From NCBI GenBank assembly GCA_011322715.1, contig DRLX01000158.1:1-31736 (forward strand): DNA of 31,736 nt. Reading direction: 5' to 3'. This stretch comes from Desulfobulbaceae bacterium. GTDB taxonomy: Bacteria > Desulfobacterota > Desulfobulbia > Desulfobulbales > Desulfobulbaceae. The stretch's first letter is position 1; every line of letters starts with the position of its first letter. The position numbers and the translations under genes are program-made. This document shows positions 1 to 7,254 of the stretch, one piece after another. The notes under the pieces were generated by a model. The model saw only the letters and a list, made by a program, of their open reading frames with translations, had not been told where the DNA came from and made no database searches.

Positions 1-1224
1 ATGCTGCTGGGCTTTTTTGGGCTTGTCGCCCTTGCCGGTCTCCTTGTCGGACTCCATGGTTTTTTTGTCGGCTATCGACATGTATACAATGTCACCAGGG
101 AAATATCCTGGGGCATGCTTATTTCGGCATACATCTTCTGCGTTGTTACTTCCACCGGGCTCTGTATTGTTTCGTCCTTTGGTCATGTTTTTGGTAATGA
201 AGCCCTCATGCCGATAGCCAAACGTGCGGTTTTCCTGTCCATAATTTTTTTATTAGGCGGATTTTGCATCATCTTTTTTGATATTGAAAATCCCTTCAGA
301 ATGGCGATCTGGAATGTGATTTCCCCTAATTTCAGATCGAATATGTGGTGGATGGGAACCTTGTACGGTGCCTATATGGTCCTTATGATGATTGAGTATT
401 ATTGCCTGCTTAATCAGAATCATACCGTGTCCAGAATTGTTGGTTTTATCGGCCTGTCAGTAGGTATTGCCGCCCATAGTAACCTCGGCGGTATCTTTGG
501 TATGCTTCATGGCCGTCCCTTCTGGTATGGGCCCTATCTGCCGATCTACTTTATATTTTCCGCCGCCATGTCCGGTGGTTGTGCTATTTTGTTTTTTACA
601 ACGCTCGCGGCCAAGATTAATCCGGAGATTATGAATCAGCGCATGGAGCGTGCGGTAAAGTCTCTGACCCTGCTGACCGTCTATTTTATCGCCACCATAA
701 TCTTTTTTACTATCTGGAAGGTCATTACCGGTCTGGTTTCCGAAGGCAAGTATCCGGTGATCATGTCGTTTCTGACCGGTGATTATGCCGTTAATTTTTG
801 GTTTTTTGAGATTTTCCTCGGTATGGTTCTGCCGCTTTTTCTGCTTATTGCTTCAAGGGGTAGAAAATATACGCTCATCATGTGGACAACCGGCCTTATG
901 ATGGTGGGGATTTTCTTTATGCGTTACGACATTGTTATCCCCGGGCAAATGGTTCCGGTGTATCATTCCCTTGGCGTTGTTGAGGCCTCCCATATAATGT
1001 CCTATGTTCCCTCTTTTCATGAGATTATGATATCAATCTGGGGCCTTGCCTTTATTATAATTGCCTATCTGGCCGGTGAAAAGATGCTGAACGGCCATCA
1101 GCTGCAGAAACATGAGATTGTTCCCGAAGGTGCCTATATCTGTCCTGGTTGCGGTGGTATCCACTATATGAAAGAGGGCGAAACCATGGAAGAGGCGATG
1201 AAACGTCAGCATGGGAACTGGTAA
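1..1224 (+). CDS. NrfD/PsrC/DsrP-family integral membrane anchor (quinone-interacting subunit); 5' end may lie outside the window
   Basis: Polytopic hydrophobic protein with NrfD-like segments (VTREISWGMLISAYIF, SNMWWMGTLY, AHSNLGGIFG, RPFWYGP, FFMRYDIVIPGQ); adjacent to a 4Fe-4S partner gene. Confidence 0.85.
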   Translation: MLLGFFGLVALAGLLVGLHGFFVGYRHVYNVTREISWGMLISAYIFCVVTSTGLCIVSSFGHVFGNEALMPIAKRAVFLSIIFLLGGFCIIFFDIENPFRMAIWNVISPNFRSNMWWMGTLYGAYMVLMMIEYYCLLNQNHTVSRIVGFIGLSVGIAAHSNLGGIFGMLHGRPFWYGPYLPIYFIFSAAMSGGCAILFFTTLAAKINPEIMNQRMERAVKSLTLLTVYFIATIIFFTIWKVITGLVSEGKYPVIMSFLTGDYAVNFWFFEIFLGMVLPLFLLIASRGRKYTLIMWTTGLMMVGIFFMRYDIVIPGQMVPVYHSLGVVEASHIMSYVPSFHEIMISIWGLAFIIIAYLAGEKMLNGHQLQKHEIVPEGAYICPGCGGIHYMKEGETMEEAMKRQHGNW

Positions 1225-1332
1225 GTTGAACCCAAGCAATGTTCAGGCTGCAGGCGATATTTCGTCAATAATGGTTGCGCAGGCATCCACAGTATCCTGT
1301 TGAATCTATAGAATTGTGTAATGGAGATTAGA

Positions 1333-2157
1333 ATGAAATTTCCTAAAATAAATTTCGATGAAATGGAAAATGAGGGCACTAAATCGGTGACGTCCAGGGA
1401 AAGAAGAAAATTTCTGAAACTTGGGTTTGCCGTTGCCGGTGTCTATGCGGGAGGGAAATTCCTGTCCCTGACCTCTCTGGTTGGTTCGGCCCAGGCCTCA
1501 ACCGGTGCGGAAAGGGCAGTGAAAGACCTGTACAGCCCTCATTACAGTATGGTGATCCGCCAGTCCATGTGCATTGATTGTGAGCGGTGTGTCGAGGCAT
1601 GCATCAAGACGAATGATGTCCCGGAATATGGCTACAGAACACGGATCTTGACCAAGAAGTATTCCGGGACCCTGGACAAGGCGGTGGAGTTTATCCCGGT
1701 CCTCTGTAACCATTGCAATAATCCACCCTGTGTGCGCGGCTGCCCGACCAAGGCTACATATAAGGATCCGGTTACCGGTATTGTTCGTATGGAGAGTAAG
1801 AAGTGCATCGGCTGTAAGACGTGTATTCTTGCCTGCCCTTATGATGCCAGGTATTTTGATGAAGAACGGCATGCCATAGACAAGTGTGATTTCTGCTGGG
1901 ACAAACGATTGTCGAAGGGGGAAACCCAGACCGGTTGTTCCGCCGCCTGTCCAACGGGCGCCCGTACCTTTGGTGATCTCAGTGACCCGAATAGTATTGT
2001 TTATAAGCTGGTTCATCAGATTCAGGAAGAGGTCTGGGTGCTTCGTCCCGATGACAATACAAAACCCAATGTGTTCTATATGAAGGGAACCATCGGGTCA
2101 GTGGATGCCATCCTTAAGGGATCTAAATTCAAGTATTTTGATCCGACAAAGGTATGA
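1333..2157 (+). CDS. Tat-exported 4Fe-4S ferredoxin subunit (NrfC/PsrB/DsrO-like)
   Basis: Twin-arginine motif SRERRKFLK; four Cys groups CIDCERCVEAC, CNHCNNPPCVRGC, CIGCKTCILAC, CDFC...CSAAC; GGAG precedes ATG 1333 (ORF track start 1321 is the alternative). Confidence 0.9.
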   Translation: MKFPKINFDEMENEGTKSVTSRERRKFLKLGFAVAGVYAGGKFLSLTSLVGSAQASTGAERAVKDLYSPHYSMVIRQSMCIDCERCVEACIKTNDVPEYGYRTRILTKKYSGTLDKAVEFIPVLCNHCNNPPCVRGCPTKATYKDPVTGIVRMESKKCIGCKTCILACPYDARYFDEERHAIDKCDFCWDKRLSKGETQTGCSAACPTGARTFGDLSDPNSIVYKLVHQIQEEVWVLRPDDNTKPNVFYMKGTIGSVDAILKGSKFKYFDPTKV

Positions 2158-2330
2158 TGGCGTCGTAAAAACTTCGATCTATGGCGTCCTGTCCCGTGGC
2201 GACTCACAACATACTACTGTATAGTTGAGACCCGCCCCGGAACACTACCCCTCGGAGTTCTTGCTTACCTGCATATCTATGTTTTTACTTAGCCATCCTT
2301 GAAGAAATCTTGACTTTTTTCGAGATCATC
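2156..2330. mobile_element. MITE-like non-autonomous element, family A, copy 1
   Basis: Imperfect terminal inverted repeats GATGGCGTCGTAAAAA (2156-) and reverse-complement GATGATCTCGAAAAAA (-2330); 7-bp direct repeat AAGGTAT at 2149-2155 and 2331-2337; internal core shared with 14246-14398. Confidence 0.8.
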
Positions 2331-2370
2331 AAGGTATAATACTCCCTCCTTTCCGCATCATCCCCCTAGG

Positions 2371-2403
2371 CAGCGTACCGGTAGTGGCCGGTACGCTGTT
2401 TCA
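2371..2403 (+). terminator. Rho-independent terminator of the nrfD/4Fe-4S unit
   Basis: Perfect 11-bp stem CAGCGTACCGG / CCGGTACGCTG, 6-nt loop, followed by a short T run. Confidence 0.7.
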
Positions 2404-2542
2404 GTTTGTCCTGATCGGTATTCTCCCTGAGTTGCATGTGCGGCGGTTTCCCGGTCACGCCATTTCTGTTCCCCATTTTTATACTCTGGGTCCTACCGAG
2501 TGAACCGGATTTTAATGGCTGTACATGGGCAATTTTTCCTTT

Positions 2543-2598
2543 GCATATATTTTGTATATGCTTTATATAGATTTTAATGAATGAATCACCATTCATTA
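2543..2598. promoter_or_regulatory. Two palindromic candidate transcription-factor sites upstream of the multiheme cytochrome operon
   Basis: GCATATA-N5-TATATGC (2543-2561) and TAATGAAT-N8-ATTCATTA (2575-2598). Confidence 0.35.
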
Positions 2599-2697
2599 TT
2601 GTTTTTCTGCTTCTCTTCGGGGTTGTTATATATTATCCACGTATTTACGAGTAGTTGGAGTATGTAAAATTCACCCTGCATTCATCAACAAAAAAGG

Positions 2698-4704
2698 ATG
2701 GGAGACATGAGCGCCACTATTGGGAAAAAGGCAGGAGTCGTCGTCACTTTCTTTTTCATTGTTCTGACTGCCTTGGCCATGAGCAGCCACAAGGCCCTGT
2801 CCATGAGCAATGAGGACTGTCTGGAGTGCCATGGTGATGAAGATCTCACCAGAGAAGCGGATGACAGTTCCGTGTATGTCAATGCTGAGGTTTTGGCAAA
2901 GTCCGTTCATGCCGATGAAGAATGCGTTTCCTGTCATCAGGATGCCGACACCGAAGATGAGCATCCTCCTAAATTGAAAAGAGTCAACTGTGCGGAATGT
3001 CATGATGATATTGGTGCAATATACGAGAAAAGCATTCATGGCAAGGCACGTTCCAGGGGCGATGCCCTGGCCCCTTACTGTTCTTCCTGCCATGGGACTC
3101 ATGATATCCTGCCGCCCAATGACCCAAAATCAACAGTATATGTCACTAATATTCCCTTAACTTGCGGACGGTGTCATCGGGAAGGCTCTCCGATGACCAA
3201 GACCCATGAGGATATTGATCAACATAATGTTCTGAAAAATTTTTCCATGTCCATGCATGGCAAGGGGTTGCTGAAATCAGGTTTGATTGTTGCGGCCGTA
3301 TGTACCAGTTGTCATACCTCCCATAACGTTCGTCCCCATACCGATCCGGAATCTTCAACCAACCCTAAAAACGTTGCGAAAACCTGCATGCATTGCCATG
3401 CCAATATTGAAAACACGCATAGAAAAGTCATCAGAAAGTCACTCTGGGAAAAAGAGCCGCACAAAATTCCCTCCTGTATTGAATGTCACCAGCCCCATGA
3501 ACAGAGTAAGATCGGCTATCAGGGCAAGTTGTCCGATGCCTACTGCCTGAAATGCCACAGCAATCCCAATCTTGTCATGCCTGATGAGGAAGGCGGTGTG
3601 AAAAGCCTGTATGTGGATACGGATGAGTATGATGAATTTAGAGGGACTTTGCACAAAAAAAATAAAATTGCCTGCGTCAAATGTCATTCCAATATGGATA
3701 GCGCCAGAGATCCCGTCTGCAGGGGATCCGGACCGGTGGATTGCTCCGCCTGTCATCCGCAGCAGAGTGATATTTACGCAAAAAGTATCCATGGCAAACT
3801 GCTGGCCGAGTTGGACCCGAACGCTCCGGGATGCACCGATTGTCACGGCAAGCACAACAATATGTCCAAGGCCAATCCTGATTCTCCGATCAATCCGATA
3901 AATATTCCCAATCTCTGCGGCGCATGTCACCAGGATGGGAAAAAAGCCGCAGTCAGAATAAAGGGAGGAGAACGGAAAATAGTTGCCACCTATTCCATGA
4001 GTATCCACGGCAAAGGACTTGTCAAAAGTGGTTTACTGGTTTCCGCCACCTGTGCAAGCTGCCATACCGGCCATTCCATACTACCGCCTTCTGATGCTGA
4101 GTCGACCGTTAACCGCAATCACGTGAGTGATACCTGTGAAACCTGTCATTATGGTGTTGCCAGGAAAATTCAGCAGTCGATCCACAATCCTCCTGTCGGC
4201 GCCGACACCTCACGCTTTCCCATCTGCAGCGACTGCCATTCAGCCCATGGGGCGGCACGTGTTTCCGGGGCAACATTCAGAAAACAGCAGGCGAGTGAAT
4301 GTGAAAAATGCCATGAGGAGCAGGTGGAAACCTATCGTGAGAGTTATCACGGCAAGGCGTCCATGTTGGCCGGTGGTGAACGGGCGGCGCAATGTTCGGA
4401 CTGTCACGGCAGTCATACCATCCTGGCGGCCACGGATCCCGATTCAACCCTTGCCGGTCTCAATGCCGTCAAGACGTGTCGAAAATGTCACCCCGGAGCA
4501 AATTTAAGTTTTACCACCTATCGGACCCATGCCACCCACGGTGATAAGAAGCGCAATCCCGATATGTATTATGCATTCTGGAGCATGACCAGCCTCCTGC
4601 TGGGCACTTTTTCACTGTTTGGGCTGCATACCTTGCTCTGGTTCCCGCGATCTTTCAAGGAACGTATGAAGATGATACGCAAGGCCCGCGAGCAAAAAAA
4701 GTAG
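2698..4704 (+). CDS. 19-heme cytochrome c with N-terminal signal/anchor and C-terminal transmembrane helix (CbcL-like cytochrome c moiety)
   Basis: 19 CxxCH motifs counted by hand; repeated S(I/M)HG distal-His motifs; C-terminal YAFWSMTSLLLGTFSLFGLHTLLW helix; alternative start 2707. Confidence 0.92.
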   Translation: MGDMSATIGKKAGVVVTFFFIVLTALAMSSHKALSMSNEDCLECHGDEDLTREADDSSVYVNAEVLAKSVHADEECVSCHQDADTEDEHPPKLKRVNCAECHDDIGAIYEKSIHGKARSRGDALAPYCSSCHGTHDILPPNDPKSTVYVTNIPLTCGRCHREGSPMTKTHEDIDQHNVLKNFSMSMHGKGLLKSGLIVAAVCTSCHTSHNVRPHTDPESSTNPKNVAKTCMHCHANIENTHRKVIRKSLWEKEPHKIPSCIECHQPHEQSKIGYQGKLSDAYCLKCHSNPNLVMPDEEGGVKSLYVDTDEYDEFRGTLHKKNKIACVKCHSNMDSARDPVCRGSGPVDCSACHPQQSDIYAKSIHGKLLAELDPNAPGCTDCHGKHNNMSKANPDSPINPINIPNLCGACHQDGKKAAVRIKGGERKIVATYSMSIHGKGLVKSGLLVSATCASCHTGHSILPPSDAESTVNRNHVSDTCETCHYGVARKIQQSIHNPPVGADTSRFPICSDCHSAHGAARVSGATFRKQQASECEKCHEEQVETYRESYHGKASMLAGGERAAQCSDCHGSHTILAATDPDSTLAGLNAVKTCRKCHPGANLSFTTYRTHATHGDKKRNPDMYYAFWSMTSLLLGTFSLFGLHTLLWFPRSFKERMKMIRKAREQKK

Positions 4705-4796
4705 AGGGTGCTGCTGAAGTCCGCCGACAAATGGAATGCATCCAAAAACGATCCCGGCAATATGTGTCGGATGTGCAACAGAAAGGGTAAACTGAA

Positions 4797-5642
4797 ATGA
4801 GTAAAACAGAGACAGTCTATGTTCAACGATTTAATGTTTTTGCACGGGTTCTCCACCTTACGGTTATTATCAGTTTTTTGACCCTTGCTCTCACCGGCAT
4901 GGCCCTGAAATTTGCCGATGAACCATGGGCCGGCGCCATAGCCGGTTTTTTCGGGAGCTTCAGGGTCCTTGGCATTCTACACAGGATAGGAGCCGTCCTT
5001 ACCTTCGGCTATTTTTTCTTCCATTTTATTCTGATCTTCCAAAACTGGCGTAAAAGCGATAAGTCTTTTGTCGGTTTTATCATCGATAATACCATCGGTA
5101 TGGTGCCGAATCTGCAGGATGCAAGAGAAATAGGCCAGACGATTAAATGGTTTGTCGGTAAGGGACCCAGGCCCAGATACGGCCGTTGGACCTACTGGGA
5201 AAAATTTGATTATTTTGCCGTATTCTGGGGTGTTGCCGTTATCGGCCTTACCGGACTTTGTCTCTGGTTTCCCACCTGGGTCACACAGTATATCCCAGGC
5301 TCCTGGTTGAACATTGCCACTATTATCCACAGTGATGAGGCGTTGCTGGCCACGGGATTTATCTTTACCATTCATTTCTTCAACACCCATATCCGACCTG
5401 AAAAGTGGCCTCTGGATCGTGTCATCTTTACCGGTTCCGTTACCCTTGAAGAACTCAAACATGAACGACCGCGTGAATATGAAATGCTGGTTAAGGAGGG
5501 ACGCCTGGATGATGTCATTGTCGACAAACCGCCGACCTGGCTGGTCGTCTTTGCCTATGTCTTCGGATTCGCCGCTCTGACTATCGGAATGGGACTTGTT
5601 TTCCTCATTATGTATACGATTTTTCAGCGTACATTCGGTTAA
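4797..5642 (+). CDS. Diheme cytochrome b, FdnI/HydC/CbcL type
   Basis: Multiple TM helices with four placed His (RVLH, GILH, TIIHSDE, FTIHFFNTH) and RWTYWEKFDYFAVFWG; directly follows the multiheme gene. Confidence 0.88.
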   Translation: MSKTETVYVQRFNVFARVLHLTVIISFLTLALTGMALKFADEPWAGAIAGFFGSFRVLGILHRIGAVLTFGYFFFHFILIFQNWRKSDKSFVGFIIDNTIGMVPNLQDAREIGQTIKWFVGKGPRPRYGRWTYWEKFDYFAVFWGVAVIGLTGLCLWFPTWVTQYIPGSWLNIATIIHSDEALLATGFIFTIHFFNTHIRPEKWPLDRVIFTGSVTLEELKHERPREYEMLVKEGRLDDVIVDKPPTWLVVFAYVFGFAALTIGMGLVFLIMYTIFQRTFG

Positions 5643-5693
5643 AGAAAGAACCTGAGCCGGGAGCCCTTTTTATAGAGGATTACATCCGTATCA

Positions 5694-5984
5694 ATGGAAC
5701 ATAAATTGCCGTTGCATACTCGCCTGGGTATTTACGCCACAGGGGCAATTTTGGGTATACTGTGTTTTGTTATGCTGAAGACTTGTGCGAGTGCCTTGTA
5801 TTACGGTGGAAAGACGACAAGCGATGAAATTAGAGATTCGTATACGGCCGGTTTTACATCCGGTTTGAACGGAGGTGACACAGTTAATCAGTCGGTTAAA
5901 AGTTTGTCGAATCCGCTTCTTGTAAAAATGTATCGAAAGGGTTTTCGTGACGGCAGAGATCGTAAGGGTTATGGGAAAAAATAA
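5694..5984 (+). CDS. Small hypothetical membrane-anchored protein
   Basis: 96-aa ORF, AGAGGA upstream, one N-terminal hydrophobic helix, two Yx(2)GFx(2)G motifs; co-oriented between cytochrome b and rhodanese genes. Confidence 0.6.
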   Translation: MEHKLPLHTRLGIYATGAILGILCFVMLKTCASALYYGGKTTSDEIRDSYTAGFTSGLNGGDTVNQSVKSLSNPLLVKMYRKGFRDGRDRKGYGKK

Positions 5985-6017
5985 AAGAGAAAATGAAATA
6001 CTCTTAAAGGAAGAAAA

Positions 6018-6818
6018 ATGAAAAAAAACAGTCTATTCTTGGTACTGTTCTCTGTGCTTTTCAGCTGGGTAGGCGCATTGCCCGGTCCTGTCCTGGCCAT
6101 GGTTATCGATATTCCGACTATTGATGCGGATATGTTGAAGTATGAACTGTATCACGGCGCTCCCATGGTCCTGGCCAATGCCCTGAGCCCCATAGAATTC
6201 AAGGATCTTACCATCAGGGGATCAGTAAATATTCCATCGAGTAAGGTGGAAGGTAATCCAAACCTGCCCGAGGATAAAAGCACCTTGCTTGTCTTTTTCT
6301 GTAAAGGTCCCGGCTGACTCAAGAGTACTCTGGCCGCCAGGAAGGCGGTTAAACTCGGCTATACAAATGTGAAGCTGTACAATGGCGGGCTACCCGACTG
6401 GATTAGAAAGAGATATCCCGTTTTGCGTACCGTCAACTATCCAAAGGTCAATATCCCAAAAGTATTTCCCGAACATGTGTATAAAAATATCAACAATGTC
6501 GTCATCCTTGATATCGGCGGAGAGGCATTGCGGCGGATAGGAGAATTTCATACGGGTGATGTCATCCATATACCCCTTGATGACCTTGAAGAAAAATACA
6601 CAGCTCTTCCCAAGGACAAAAAGATTGTTATCGTTGATGTAATGGGTAAACAGGAGAATATCGCCGGTAGGTTCCTGACCATGAAAGGGTATACTAATCT
6701 GGCTGAGATGGCCGGCGGCGGACGTGCCTGGTTTAAGACCATTCGGGTGAATGAGATGGAAAAAAGGAAAACCGGCGTTCGGTCGGGGAAAGCGGAAGGA
6801 AAAATGAAGAACAAATAA
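6018..6818 (+). CDS. Exported tandem-rhodanese sulfurtransferase, putative selenoprotein (Sec100 from UGA at 6315-6317)
   Basis: ORFs 6018-6317 and 6369-6818 are in one frame; the gap translates LKSTLAARKAVKLGYTN, completing the rhodanese motif FFCKGPG-U-LKS..AA..A...GY.NV..Y.GG.P.W; SECIS-like hairpin follows; N-terminal signal peptide; 266 aa in total. Confidence 0.85.
6315..6356 (+). promoter_or_regulatory. Bacterial SECIS-like element
   Basis: Upper stem GGCCGCC / GGCGGTT with loop AGGAA starting 21 nt after UGA and G at loop position 2; lower stem GAGT/ACTC. Confidence 0.75.
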
Positions 6819-6897
6819 TCGTATCGTGAATTTTCTCCGGCATGACCTCATTTTTTGTGGTTCATGTTGTGATTGGAGCTGTATAGTATTCCATCAG

Positions 6898-6930
6898 CCT
6901 GCCGGTCTTGTTGACCGGCAGGTTTTTTTT
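6898..6930 (+). terminator. Rho-independent terminator closing the cytochrome-rhodanese operon
   Basis: 10-bp stem CCTGCCGGTC / GACCGGCAGG, 5-nt loop, T8 tail. Confidence 0.88.
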
Positions 6931-7254
6931 ATTGTGGCCGCGTGAGGATAATTTATCAACGTATTGCTGGTTTTATTTGTAACTCGGCTGCAAGATGTGT
7001 ATATATTCGTCGTCCAGAATACTGTTTACGTTGAGGGCTCTTGAAAAAATAATTATTCCATTCTCCTTGCCTTTACTTCAGCTTTTACGGTGTAAACAGG
7101 AGTACATGGCGTTGCTATGTAATCATCTTTTACGTTTTGAATTTGTGGAAAAAATCGGCGTATTATTGGAGAATTATTTTACTAATGCCCGTACACCTGT
7201 TTCTTTTGGTTATCCTTGAGATGCCCGATGCATCCGGATAGGGGTAAGAGGAAA

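Noticed and set aside
2155-2290. Possible Sec read-through of the 4Fe-4S gene TGA
   Set aside because: The TGA is created by the MITE junction, the downstream frame is MITE sequence, and the reconstructed ancestral stop is TAA
2366-2596. Minus-strand ORF ending YRYAA, resembling a tmRNA tag
   Set aside because: No tRNA-like ends (GGGG.../T-loop/CCA) around it; the tail is just the terminator hairpin read in reverse
6369-6818. Separate 149-aa ORF in the track
   Set aside because: It starts at a GTG mid-motif with no SD and is in frame with 6018-6317; better explained as the C-terminal part of the selenoprotein
6995-7219. 74-aa ORF upstream of the pentapeptide gene, and the many antisense or overlapping ORFs in the track
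   Set aside because: No recognisable motifs or SD; the others are shadows of well-supported genes on the opposite strand or in another frame
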